This document shows positions 49,140 through 61,870 of a stretch of DNA of 64,000 bases, in pieces. The translations under genes were made by a program, and so were the position numbers. A model generated the notes under the pieces. It was not told the origin of the DNA. It saw nothing but the letters and a program-made list of their open reading frames with translations, and made no database searches. The stretch is from Octopus vulgaris (Eukaryota), in the NCBI GenBank assembly GCA_951406725.2, contig OX597818.1, positions 107,942,001 through 108,006,000 of the forward strand. The letters run 5' to 3'. Numbering within the stretch: the stretch's first letter is position 1; the number at the start of each line of letters is the position of its first letter.

Positions 49140-49560
49140 TTTGCTCTTTTACTGTTTCAGTCATTTGACTGGGGCCATGCTGGAGCACCACCTTTTAGTC
49201 AAAGGAATCAACCCCTGGACTTATTGTTTGTAAGCCTGGTACTTATTCTATCAGTCTCTTCTGCCGAACTGCTAAGTTATGGGGGCATAAACACACCAAC
49301 ATCGGTTGTCAAGTGATGTGGGTGGGGACAAACACCAACACAAAGACACACGCATAAATTTAAACATATATATATGATGGGCTTCTTACAGTTTCCATCT
49401 ACCAGATCCACTCACAAGGCTTTGGTCATCCCAAGACTATATTCTTATATTCTTATATTTGTTTCAGTCATTTGACTGCAGCCATGCTGGAGCACCTCCT
49501 TTAGTTGAGCAAATCGACCCCAGGACTTATTCTTTGTAAGCCTAGTACCTTGTAAGCCTA
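49140..49560 (-). mobile_element. Two SINE family A fragments in tandem (49140-49440, 49455-49560)
   Basis: Reverse complement of the family A tail and body. Confidence 0.8.
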
Positions 49561-49802
49561 GTACTTTTCTGACATCTACCCATCCACATACACAATCACG
49601 CATACACATACATACACACATACATTAATGCAGTTATATACAGTCACACACACAGGCACTCATTCACAAAAGAAATTAACAAAATCCACTATTCATATGA
49701 CCTGCACCGTTTCACCTTCCTATTCTTTTGCCTCTCTCCTCCAGCTTCGTTTGAACCCTTGAACCTTTAGAACCTTCTAGATTCTTCTACTTTCAACCAC
49801 TT

Positions 49803-49821
49803 TGACGTCACTCCTTATAAA
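49803..49821 (+). promoter_or_regulatory. CRE (TGACGTCA) + TATAAA pair upstream of the hammerhead; putative element-internal Pol II promoter
   Basis: TGACGTCA 49803-49810, TATAAA 49816-49821. Function is inferred. Confidence 0.4.
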
Positions 49822-49910
49822 GGAATATTTTAAAGAGACACTCATTACTGCTATGGGCTCCGTGTGAGCAATCATCTGAAAGTTTTTTATGCATTTTGAT
49901 ATTGACATAA

Positions 49911-50011
49911 GTTCCTTGCTTTTCCTGATGAGAAAGTGGCATAATGTACTCCTTATTCCTTCGCAATTAGGAATATGCAGCCTTCGAAACATATGTCGAA
50001 AATAAAGGAAT
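49911..50011 (+). ncRNA. Intact-looking type I hammerhead ribozyme
   Basis: Stem I ttttc (49920-49924)/gaaaa (49998-50002), extended by ttcctt/aaggaa; CTGATGA 49925-49931; stem II closed by GAA/TTC (canonical G10.1:C11.1), continuing with gcat/atgc and attcct/aggaat; GAAA 49986-49989; palindromic stem III ACATATGT; GUC 49995-49997. Confidence 0.88.
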
Positions 50012-50198
50012 TTTGTTAATTCGTCGTTCAGCTCCATTCTTTCATATATTTATATTTTTAAAATAAACATACAAATTTCCACACAAAAGCACGTAATCTA
50101 TGCACTAGGCACGTAACTTCAACTTTTTCTGATGTGAATTTGCTACCCAGGTATCGGTTAATTCAAATTATCCTTAATAAGATAATTCATTCACTACT

Positions 50199-50240
<42 letters not shown>

Positions 50241-50242
<2 letters not shown>

Positions 50243-50405
50243 ATGGACTCCTTTTCAGTTTCTGTCTACCAAATCCACACACAAGGCTTTGGTCAACCCA
50301 AGGTTATAGTAGAAGACACCTGCGCAAGGTGCCACGCAGTAGGATTGAACCCAGAGCCATGTGGTTGGGAAGCAAGCTTCTAACCATACAGCCACGCCTG
50401 CACCT
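50241..50405 (-). mobile_element. SINE family A 5' half
   Basis: Reverse complement of the family A head and body. Confidence 0.85.
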
Positions 50406-51071
50406 ATATTGTTAATAATATTTACTTAAAACATTGCTTGAACAACAATAGAATTTTATGAGTTCAGTTCTTGGTGATATTGCACGAAGTTTAAGCTGTG
50501 TGAAATACACCCATGACAGCCAGAAATGAAATGGAAAATGCAAGCTTGACAAACTATTTTTGCACCTGTCTGTCATAAGGTATTTCTTCAAAAAAGAATG
50601 TAAAGATTAGTGTGATAAATGAAATGGTTTAGAACCAATTGAAATGCCATAGACATGGATATTAAAAGGATGGGAAGAAAGATGATGTATGATAGAATTC
50701 TTCTATGATTTGAATTAAAATTCTGCTGTTGGGATTAATACAATAAATACCAACAATATATTGAGCTAAAAGAAATCAACAATTTTGTATCATTCAGAAA
50801 TTGGTCTCATCCTTAATCTAAAAGTTAAAAAAATATCAAACTAGTTGTTGGAGCAGAATTATATCAGTTAAATGACTAATGCCCATGGGAAAGGCATGAA
50901 TATATGGTAAGTTCCTTATTTTAGCTTTTTTTTTTTTTTTGCAAAGAAGTTTAAGATTTCGTCTTTGTGTAATAAAACAGAATTTATGTTTTAGTTCTTT
51001 CAATCATTGGACTGCAACCATACTGGAGCACTGCCTTGAAGGATCTTGTCAAACTATTGTGTGTGTGCGTG

Positions 51072-51122
<51 letters not shown>

Positions 51123-51124
51123 GT

Positions 51125-51400
51125 GTCGTCATCATCATCATAATCATCATCATCATCATCATCGTCATTTAATGTCTGTTTTCCATGATAGTATGGGTTG
51201 GTCAGCTTGACAGGAACTGGCCAGACCAGGAGCTGCACTAGATTCCATTGTCTGTTTTGGCAATGTTTTCTACAGTTGGATCCCCTTCCTAATGCCAACC
51301 GTTTTACAGAGTGTGCTGGATGCTTTCTACATGGTGTCAGCACCACCTACGCTAATGCTTGCTACATGGCACCAGTACCCACACCAATGCTTTTCATGTG
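51125..51400 (-). mobile_element. SINE family B
   Basis: (CAT)n tail and CTACAGTTGGATCCCCTTCCTAATGCCAACC core. Confidence 0.8.
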
Positions 51401-51454
51401 ACACTTTGGTTTTAAGATATTACTGTTGTTATGGTGGACAGGTCGTCTTGGATA

Positions 51455-51857
51455 CAACAAAATCAAATTCGATGACTGGCATCCATGCTAGTGGGGTGCA
51501 AAGAGCACCATACGAGTGTGATCGTTGACAGAGTGGCTAACCGGATTCTGTGCCGGTGGCACATAAAAGGCACCATTCGAGTGTGACCATTACCAGCACT
51601 GCCTTACTGGCACCTGTGCTGGTGGCATGTGTAAACAGATTCGAGCGAGGTCATTGCCAGTACCGCCTAAATGGCCCCCAAAGCACCCACTACACTCTCG
51701 GAGTGGTTGGCGTTAGGAAGGGCATCCAGCTGTAGAAACTCTGCCAGATCAAGATTGGAGCCTGGTGCAGCCATCTGGTTCACCAGCCCTCAGTCAAAAT
51801 CATCCAACCCATGCTAGCATGGAAGCGGACGTTAAACGATGATGATGATGATGATGA
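51455..51857 (+). mobile_element. SINE family B / RTE 3' UTR, young long form
   Basis: Near-identical to 22563-22897, with CpGs retained. Confidence 0.9.
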
Positions 51858-51859
51858 AT

Positions 51860-51985
51860 GTGTCATGCCTCTTTGTCCTCCATCATCTTCTTTGTAAGGC
51901 TCAACACTTTAAGATTGGTCTTTAACACTTCGTCCCGTGTCTTTTTGCATCTCTCTCTTTCACAACTTCCCTCCACTTCAAGTGT
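51860..51985 (-). mobile_element. RTE LINE 3' ORF fragment
   Basis: LEVEGSCERERCKKTRDEVLKTNLKVLSLTKKMMEDKEA (cf. VEGTCGRGRPRKTWDEV at 34890). Confidence 0.6.
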
Positions 51986-53302
51986 TTCAGTTTCTTTCAT
52001 TTTCCATCTCCTAAATCATTTTGTATCATTCAGAAATTGGCCCAGGCCTATAGTATTATACACTTGTCCGAGGTGCCATACAGTGAGACTGAACCTAAAA
52101 CCATGTAGTCGGGAAGCAAATTTCTTACCACACAGCCACACCTCATCATGACTTGAGGTTTCACCATCATTTGAGAACTTGAGAGAAACTTTCACACATA
52201 AGAAGATTAATTTATGCATAACATGTAGCAGTGTCTTATCACTGTCTACCAATTCTCTTGAGCATGTAGACATAATATATTTTGCATGTTTGCGTTCTAC
52301 AGAATTCTATTCTAGAGAGTTAATCCATGGCCTGAAACTTCTGTCTCTTAAAGAGAGACATTTTCCATGTGGGCTGAGATGAACGAACTTGGCTTTGAGA
52401 TCTAATGAAACATTCGACAATTCATCAGTGCTCTTATTCTAACAGGGAAGGTGAGTGGTCGAGTGGTTAGGATGTTGCACTCACAGTCACTAGACCATGG
52501 GTTCAATTCCTGCACTTGGTGGTGCATTTTTTCTTGACAAATATATAATAAAGAGACACAGGTGTGAATGAGTGGTAAGAAGCTTGCTTCCCAGATGGCT
52601 CTGGGTTCAGTCCCATTGCATGGAAACCTCAGCCCTTCATTTCACACTTCTCTGCTGGTGTGAGAGTGACAGAATCATTGGGGCATTGGTAGAAATGTTT
52701 TTACGGTATAACTTTCAGCTCTCTACATTCTGAGTTCAAATCCCACCTTCCTGGTGAAACCAACATGAAACCGCTCCGGGATTCATTCCAACCCTGATGG
52801 TGACAGGGGAGGGTATAGACCCTCCCAGATCATATAGAGAGTGCTGGAGAAGCTTAACATGCATAGCATCTTCCTAAGGGCAGACCATTGATAGACTAGC
52901 GATTGCTCCCACTGCCTACACTAGCAAAATATACCCTTTGTAGCTCAGCAGAGTCAACAGTTGAAGGCTTACTCTCTTAGTCATACACTCACGCTGATGG
53001 TGGGGGGGGGGGACTAAATATGAACCGTTGACCTTTCAACAGATTCTCCCTATTATGACGAATCCATCGTAATTGCTTTCTTTTATCTTCTAGACTTTGC
53101 AATTCTCAATCGTTTTTATTTTTCCATGTGATATAATGGCCCCATTCACTTCATTTTGCCTGGGGCCAATTTTGAAATTGATAATACTTAAATAAATAAA
53201 TAAATAAATAATCAAAAACAAAATTTGAAAGGAAAGGCTATTAAATGCAGAACTATAATGAGAAACATTACACATTATACAGCAAACTTTGACTTCAGTT
53301 GT

Positions 53303-53348
53303 CTACTACCGCTACTGCTGCTACTACTACTAAAACTACTACTACTAC

Positions 53349-53409
<61 letters not shown>

Positions 53410-53490
53410 GATGATGATGATGATGAATGTGGTGGTGGTGGTGATGATGATGATAATGATACCATTATTACCACCAGCCACTACAGCTGT
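53303..53490. repeat. Compound trinucleotide array (CTA)n(ATA)n(GAT)n(GGT)n
   Basis: Directly visible. Confidence 0.95.
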
Positions 53491-53707
53491 GTAAGTAATG
53501 TTCCATCAATTAGCCATGTATAGTTTAACCTAGTACAGCATTAATAATATTACATTAACTATGCACATATAAATCAGACAATTAAACATATCAGAATATA
53601 GAATATTGGTTACTTTCATTAATTTCATTTACATGAGAATTCCTTCCCACCTTTGCATGTGCAGAACATCATACATAGAAACAGGCAAACATACCTAAAC
53701 ACATACG

Positions 53708-53739
<32 letters not shown>

Positions 53740-54066
53740 CTATGATACAATGTGATGCACATGCACATAGAAGTGTAGCTAGGCAGTAAAAGAGTTCACT
53801 TTGTAAGCATTTGGTTCCAGGTTCAATTCTGCTGTGCAGCATCTTGGGAAGGTGGCCAGTACCTTGTCGATTTACTTGATGGAAAATGTAGGTGTGGACT
53901 TGGAGAAGACATGGAGTAGAGGGGACATGTCACCGAAGTGATCTCAAATGGCAATGAAAGGGGTTGGATAAATGTAATTGATTGATTGACTGACCAAATG
54001 ATTAATCAGACAATTGATTAGTTGATTGGTTAAATACTTAACCAGCTGAGAAATAAATAATAAAGA

Positions 54067-54715
54067 GGCACAGGTGTGACTGAGTGGTAAGAAGTTTACT
54101 TCCCAACCAAATGGTTCTGGGTTCAGTCCCACTGCATGGAAACTTGGACAAGCGCCTTCTACAATAGCCTTGTGAGTGGATTTGGTAGATGGAAACTGAA
54201 AGATCCCTGTCGTATGTATATATAAACAAAAGCAGCGAGCCGGCAGAAACGTTAGCATGCCAGGCAAAATGCTTAGCGGTATTTCGTCTGCCGTTACATT
54301 CTGAGTTCAAATTCCGGCGAGGTCGACTTTGCCTTTCATCCTTTTGGGGTCGATAAATTAAGTACCAGTTTCGCACTGGGGTCGATGTAATCGACTTAAT
54401 ATCTTTCTCTGTCCTTGTTTGTCCCCTCTGTGTTTAGCCCCTTGTGGGTAACAAAGAAATATATATAAACACATACACATGTGTGTGTGTGTGAGAGAGA
54501 GAGTGTGTATCTTTGTGTCTGTGTTTGTCCTCCACCACCACATGACAACCGGTGTTGGTGTGTTTACATTCCCATAATTTAGTGCTTTGGCAAAAGAGAC
54601 TAATAGAATAAGTACCAGACTTTAAAAATTTTCATGTGATGAAAAATTCTTCAAGGTGGTGCCCCAGCATGGCCACAATTTAATGAAAAAAAACAAGTAA
54701 AAGATAAAAGATAAA
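54067..54715 (+). mobile_element. SINE family A interrupted by a family C insertion
   Basis: Head 54067-54215, tail approx. 54500-54715. Confidence 0.85.
54229..54459 (+). mobile_element. tRNA-derived SINE family C, full length, with 12-bp TSD
   Basis: TSD TATATATAAACA at 54217-54228 and 54460-54471; B box GAGTTCAAATTCC. Confidence 0.9.
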
Positions 54716-54729
54716 AATTGAAATGCAAT

Positions 54730-55480
54730 GTTTGGGTTTCGTGGAATAGAAAAAAGCTGTCAGGGCCTGGCTTTGTCAGTTGGAAACAAACTGCGTGTAT
54801 GTAAGGTAAAAAGCCTGGTGAATTAAAAGGGACAACATTCGGTAGAGATGGCCATTGGTATGTTGTGTGCAGTTGGAGGTTTGCATATAAGACATACTAC
54901 ACATGGAGCCATCGTAGTTGAAAAGTGTAAGCAAAAAAAGAACTCCGGAAAGTTGATGGCAATGTTTTTAGCAAGAAAGCATAAGGCCCTCAAGTTCAGT
55001 TTGTGAGGTAGGAACACTTTAGGGCCATGTGATGTACAAAAGCATCCCTTACAAACCAAATTTTAATCTCACAAAAGCTGTGCTGCTCAATTTTGATGAA
55101 CAGGTGAGATTCTCCTGACATTGCAGCTCTGCTATGACAGAATCAAATGCAAAATTGTTTTTCTGTTCTGTGTGGGATGCAAAGAAACAGGCCAAAAAGG
55201 ATGTTTCCAACCACATCAGTAGTTAGCTTTTTCCATATTCTTGGAGATGATAGTCATCGCAACAATGAAATTGATAAGGTTAGGGTTAGTAGGATAACTT
55301 TTATTGCTAATGCTACAAATGGGGATAAGTTTATAGAGTTTACTCATAGAATCACCATTAAAACCAATGCTATTTACAGAGATAAACTTTTAGAAACAAA
55401 AGAACTTGTTGAGTATTAAATTTTAGGATAATTCCAGTGTTTTGTGCCACCTCAGAAAATCATAGATGTTTGGTTCAAGC
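54730..55480 (-). mobile_element. Possible decayed CR1/L2 reverse transcriptase remnant
   Basis: Minus strand AFDSV-like and GP..F-like segments in the expected order; heavily degraded. Confidence 0.35.
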
Positions 55481-55537
55481 CCCATTAGTGAACCTATGTT
55501 ATTCTCTCTTAAATTAAGGATTATAATGTCGAGTAGT

Positions 55538-55860
55538 GAAGGTGCATGACTTGGCTGTTATAGCATCGGGCTCACAATCATGAGAGAGTGAGTTCGATTC
55601 CTGGACCAGGCTGTGTTGTGTTCTTGAGCAAGACACTTCGTTTCCCATTGTTCCAGTTCACTCAGCTGTAGAAATGAGTTGTGATGTTCCTGGTGCCAAG
55701 CTATATCGGCCCCTTTGCCTTTCTTTTGGGGAGTGGGAGCTGGAATGCCTGGGTGACTGGTGGTCTTCCATAAACAACCTTGCCCGGACTTGTGCCTTGG
55801 AGGGGAACTTTCTAGCTGCAATCCCAATGTCATTCATGACCGAAGGGGCTCCTTCCTCCC
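55538..55860 (+). mobile_element. tRNA-derived SINE family D
   Basis: B box GAGTTCGATTCC followed by TGTGTTGTGTTCTTGAGCAAGACACTT...TCAGCTGTAGAAATGAGT; head related to 62467-62795. Confidence 0.75.
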
Positions 55861-58709
55861 TCCCTTCCTTCTAATGGCTAATAATTAAATATTTTTCGTC
55901 TTATACTGGTGCCCTTCATATTTAGAGTTAGGAACAGACTTGAATGTCTTCCATAAGAACAGAGTCAAGTATTTCTCTGTTGTATTTCTCAATGCTTTTA
56001 ATTCAGGATTCTTTGAAATGGACCATTTATTTCTTACTGGTATCGGTCATTAGAATTTGATCATGTTTTGGCTTTTTAATCTCCTGTACTTATTTCAGTT
56101 TAATACATGTTCTGGAGATCTCTGGTTCTAGTCCTTGAATGGCTAATTCCCTTTTCAAAAACATATACAATACCATGCACACACGCATACACACATGTAT
56201 GTGCACAAGTGTGTATGTGTGTTTGTGCATATGTGTGTCTGTGTGGACATAAACTGGCTTCTACAATTTCCATCAACTGAATAACAATTTAGATCTTTCT
56301 TTCAATGAGTATTTATTAACTCTAAATGCAGTTACTTCCATTGTAACTCAAGAAAGTTGAACACTTAGTTTAGTTATAATAATAATGCCATTAATATAAA
56401 CTTACAGCTTTCACCAACTGAATATTCACCGGCCTTTAAACCACTGCATCACTTCTTCCTCGCATACCTGTGTGCAGTAGCTTTATCTTGAAGTATCCAT
56501 TCTCCCTATAAATTTGCTATTTTCTTCATATCTTAAAGAGCTAAATCATTCCTGCTCCACTTTCTTGAAGTCATAGGTGTCAGTTCTTTTAGACATCAAA
56601 GGTGATAACAACACTTCCAGCCTACATAATAGTACATAGTGCTTTTATCTAAGAATATCCATTCCTCTCAAGGTGTAATCTTCAACATAGCTCGAGGTCA
56701 ACTTATCCTTGATGTAGCTGAAAGTCATAATAGAAGTCTATGAAAGTTAAATCAAATGGGATTTTAATATACAGATCACATTAATAGTGAATTGATGTAA
56801 AAAGGAATACCATTAGTTAATACTTTTACACTCTCATACAAAGTATAACATTTACTTACAGATTGTACATGCTGTGAGTACAATTCTTGACAAATAGGCA
56901 AGCTTGAAGCATAAGCTATGCAGATACACGAAAACACAAACAAGAGTAAATTACACAAAGAAGAGGGAAAAGCTTTGGGGGTTGGGCAATGAGGGGAAGA
57001 AGTAATTCAGTATGATATATTTGGACATAGAGCCAGGAAAAATTACTTTAAACTGGAAGCTATCTAATTAAAATACACTAAGAATGTCAAGAGAGAATTT
57101 AGTACCATGTAAACAATGAACCAGTCTGAAATACTGGCCATAAATCAGTGGGTTTCTCAAGGGAAAAACCATCAGATAATTCTTCAATCTTACCACTTTT
57201 ACAAATACAGAAATACTAATATTTCATACCTTGTTTTTGGGGGAAAGTTAAAATAATCAAAAGAAGAGAAAAAGAAAATAGATTTTACCTTAATTCTTTT
57301 TTTTTTCATAAGAACTGTAATTTGATTTAGTTTTAAGATAACATTTGAAATGTTTTTTTGAAATTTATTTTTTTTTTTACTGTTTGAAAATGTAATTCAT
57401 TTAAAAAATATTTATTATAAAAATGGAACTGAGAATAAAAATGCAAAATATCAAAGAATAAAAAAAACAGCATGATTATTTCTTAATGAAGCAAGAAGAC
57501 GAAAATGAGTGATTCCTGATAGAGAGAAAATGAATTGGTTCACCATTGTTAAGAGAACATTAACAGAACGATTGCTCATCAATGTCATGAATCTGAAAGA
57601 TAAACAATCCTGACTGAACACAGAACTATGATCAAAGTCATTCCAGCCATGACCATTCCATCATTTTTATATCAGGAACTCCATTGCTTGAATGAATCTT
57701 TCTTCTTTTCTAACTTTTCAGAATTCAAAATGTCCTTTTCTGGCCCAAATATCCTACCTGACCAGATCAGCTCTCTCACACCTACCTTACAATGCCATTT
57801 TAAAAATATGCAAACACACCATCAAAATCTCAGTTATGAGATAATGCATAATTATTTCAAAACACTGTGAGTAAATGATGTGATTACAGTTGAGAGAATA
57901 ATCGGAATGGTAAAAGGTTAAAATAGTAAGGGATGGTCACTGGAAAGAGGCTGCCTTGTTGGGTTGTGGATATTAATGTAGTTATGTAGCCCCAGGCCAG
58001 TCTTGACCAAGCATCCTACATCACACAACTAGTTGTCTTATGGCCTGCAGTTAGTTGTTGTGGGTCACTTTACATCGTCCTTCACCAAGTAGGGTTAATC
58101 TACAGGCTGTCTGTTTTATTTCAGTTACACCATGACACCATTTATCTGCAAACCATCACTGTTCACTCTGATATGCAGTGATGGTTGTATGCAATGTAGT
58201 TTGGACAGCTACGTTAAACTGCAATTTCTTCACTGTTCAACACTGATATGACATATTTTAGTGGTGGCCACACCAGAGATAAACAAAATGGACATGCTCA
58301 AAATGCCGCAGTTGCTGTTCCTTGTATCATGTTATTTCTCTGCTCAGAATTTAAAGTTAATTTAAAGAGCATTGATGTTAAAGCTATTTCTTTTGTATGT
58401 GTTTTTTTTTAAGTTTGTCCCAGTTGAGTAGAAAAGACAGTAATTTTAGAATGCTGTTGTAGCCATCCACAGTGTTGTAAATGGACGTCAGTGTTGAAGG
58501 ATATTTCATGGAGGCACAGATCTTGTTGAGATTTGAAGCTTGTTGTTACAACAATTTGTCCTTCTTGTATGTCTTTTAGATCTGGTTTTTTTTTTTTTTA
58601 TATATTTCATAATGTATATTGTCTGTGGTTGTCGTCTGTGTCCACCTTGTAAGGATGGTAAATGTTCTGGTTTTGTTTACTTTATCGATTATTATTGCTT
58701 GTTCTAGAG

Positions 58710-59546
58710 CAAGGGTGTCAAACTCATTGTAGTTCATGGGCCACATATCAACCCAATTTGATCTCAAGCCAGCTGGACCAGTAAAATCCTGGTGTAAGAA
58801 CCTATAAATAACAATTTCAAAATGTTCCCTTTGTTTTAGTGTAAAAACGTACATTCTGAAAACGTTCATTTTTAAAGAACAATTTTTTTGTTTTTTGCAA
58901 AACACTGAACAAGTGAAAGTAGGAACTGTTATAGAAGACTGACTTATCTACCTCGTAAATGTATACAATTTATAAATGGAAAACAAAAGACACTTTGAAA
59001 ATAATTTAAAAACACTTATTTTTTTATCATTTATTTTCAATATGTTCCTGAAACTTGGTATCTTTTCTCCTTCACAAGTGCATCAATATCAGGCATCAAA
59101 TCTTGAGTAGCAGCCAATTTCAGGATGTAAATACACCAAACACACGGGTTTCCCATTCACCTCCACAAATAAATAGGAAAAGGGACCACTTTTCTTGAAA
59201 TAATCTACACTCTGTATCCACTTTCCTCTTTTTTGACAAAGATATTTTGGGTAAAACAGAGTGAAATGTTGACCTAAAAGAAAAAAAGAAAACACATTGT
59301 TAGTCTTTGAATTAATTTCAAAAAAATATATTTATTCCAATAAAATATTGAAACAAGTCTTTAAATAATTTAAGGGAGTTTTTTTTCCATTAGAAATGGA
59401 ATCATTGACATTATCATCAGTCATATTCCAACAATCATCATTCACAATAACAAGTAAGTAAATACGTATAGAATATAATTTTTACACTTTTCAACGTCAT
59501 CTCATGGGCTGGTTCTAGCTCATGGGCTGTATGTTTGATAACCCTG
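58710..59546. mobile_element. hAT (Charlie-type) non-autonomous element, 837 bp
   Basis: TIRs CAAGGGTGTCAAAC / GTTTGATAACCCTG; perfect 8-bp TSD TTCTAGAG at 58702-58709 and 59547-59554 (NTCTAGAN target is typical of Charlie elements). Confidence 0.92.
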
Positions 59547-60002
59547 TTCTAGAGAGATCAGGGACCTGGGTAGGTATAAGTTTGAAAGCTAAGTCAACAG
59601 AGAGGAGGTACAACTAGATGAAATATCCAAGCAGTTTAAATGTACAAGTCTCTAATATCCAAGTGGCTAAAAAGTGTCAGCAAAAGGGCACTCAGCAGTG
59701 ATGAACTGGATGTGACCCAGCCCTGTTAGAGTGTAAGAGGTTAAGGGCCAAAACACTTGCTGAAGGTGGATTTGTTCTCTCAAGACCTTCTGCAGTTCAC
59801 TTCTCTTGATAGTTTCTTACCACCACTGTTTACACAATATTGTTGTAGTTTGTTTCTGTTGACCCAATATGGTAGCTGCGGTTGTTTTACATTTGTTTCT
59901 GACATCTTTTGTCACCTGCTTTGACTTTTTGAATGGTTTGGAAGAGTTACCTTCTCTGCACACATACATGCATATGTGCATGCATATGTTCTTGTGTGTG
60001 TT

Positions 60003-60203
60003 CATCGTCATCACCATCATCATTTAAAGTCCGCTTTCTATGCTGATGAGGATTCGATGGTTTAACAGGGGCTGGTAAGCCTGGCAGTTGCACCAGGCTC
60101 CAATTGTCTGTTGTGGCATGGTTTTTATGGCTAGATGCTCTTCCAAATTCGGACCCATTTACAGAGTGTACTGGATGCTTTTTACGTAGCACTGTCACCA
60201 GTG
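60003..60203 (-). mobile_element. SINE family B
   Basis: (CAT)n tail, TGCACCAGGCTCCAAT and core. Confidence 0.75.
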
Positions 60204-60441
60204 TAATAATAATAATAATAATAATGAAATTATTGTATACAGTGCTCAGGTGCACCACAACTTGTCAAAAGTGCATATAAAGCATATGCAGTAATGTACA
60301 AGTGTCTGGAAAGCGAACAGTGTATGAGTCAGATACATACTTGCGTGTGTATGGAGGGGAGAAAATCAGGTGTGGTGTTGGCGAATCTCAGGAAGCATGG
60401 AAGTTTTGAAGGATGCAGTGCTCCGACAACTAACAACTGAT
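60204..60441 (-). mobile_element. CR1/L2-type LINE 3' end with (ATT)n tail
   Basis: Minus strand SVVSCRSTASFKTSMLPEIRQH, then a 3' UTR ending in (ATT)n. Confidence 0.7.
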
Positions 60442-60810
60442 CAATCGTATGCAATATTCTCTGACATTGCTTGTAAGATGAGGGACAATGGAATTGGTAG
60501 GTCTTACTGAAAGTCTGTTGTTTCGAGCCTGGATTTTAAATTATTGACATTAAGGTTTAAGTGTTGTAGTCATGTCCAGAGTGGGGGTAGTTTGAGGGTG
60601 ATATCAACTATGTTTGAGATGCTGTTTATATCAGGGGAATGGATCAGAATGTTGTGTAGGTAGCAGTTAAAATGAGTTGAAGTTATAACAGATATCTGTT
60701 GCACTCCATTCAGGGTTGGGGAGGATCATATAAATTCATGGTATGAAGTGTTTGTATGCTTTGTGGCCTCAGATGCAGTTTGCTAGCATCTGTTTTGGTG
60801 TAGTATTGTA

Positions 60811-61328
60811 TATAGTGGTGTATATTATGGTTTAATATCTTATAAGCTGGTCGGCTCTAGCTGCTGGAACTGAAACTAACATGACATTGTTGGAAGGCAG
60901 GGTTTAGAGAGGGTGTGGGTTAAGATTACGCATCCTTCCCCTCCATTGGTCAGTTGAAGCTTAGACAGTGTCATGTGACAGTTAGTTGGTGCTGGCTGCT
61001 GGAGCCTACCAGCGAGTATTCAGAGGGAAATTTGGCAGGATGGTCATTCGCTTGCTGACATTCATTGATGCTGCATCAAAGAAACAAAAGGACAAAAGAA
61101 AAAAGGAGAAAGAAAAGAACGCACTCAACACCAGAGCTGAAGACACTTCCGAAAGGGATGGGGAGCACCATGTCACAAATGGTAGAGGAGTAGGGGCCGA
61201 AACCAAACGTAGTTCCTCCTGATGATGTCTTTAGCCACTGGATCCTATAAGAAAGCTGTTGAGGTAGCGAACCATGAAACATGGTTGGAATTCCTATAGT
61301 GATGTATATTATGGTTTAATATCATATA
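60811..61328 (+). mobile_element. LTR/pLTR-like repeat copy 2, bounded by a 34-bp direct repeat
   Basis: TATAGTGGTGTATATTATGGTTTAATATCTTATA (60811-60844) vs TATAGTGATGTATATTATGGTTTAATATCATATA (61295-61328); interior homologous to 4645-4990. Confidence 0.7.
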
Positions 61329-61337
61329 TGTGTGTAT

Positions 61338-61555
61338 ACTGGTTTCAAATTTCGGCACAAGGCCAGCAATTTCGAGGGAGGAGGCAAGTTGATTACATCA
61401 GCCCCAGTGCTCGACTGGTACTTATTTTATCAACCCGTAAAGGATGAAAAGCAAAGTTGATCTAAGGGAAATTTAAAGTCAGAATGGAAAGACGGACAAA
61501 AGGCTTAGCGGCATTTTCTCCCACATGCTAACAATTCTGCCAGCTGGCTGCCTTG
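61338..61555 (-). mobile_element. SINE family C
   Basis: Matches 9018-9215 and 25553-25771. Confidence 0.75.
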
Positions 61556-61870
61556 TTTAATTGCATATATTATCACATATATTAATAGGGTAATATTTTA
61601 CAGGGTAATATATGTGTAGGTGTGGTAAAGTGGTTCAAAGGACCCACTTTGTCAAACATGGTCTTATTGACCCTAATTGAGGGTTCTCTGAAAGATAGCT
61701 GTGAATGTAGAATACAAAAGTTACTTACAGGTTAACGTAACAAGTAGTCAGTTCTATTGATTAGACAGCAGGTATTTTGATAATTTAAACCAGTGGAGTA
61801 TCTATATTGTGTTACCTGGAAGGTTGCAGCATGCTATGATGCAATGTATTACTGGATGAGTGTTATGTTG

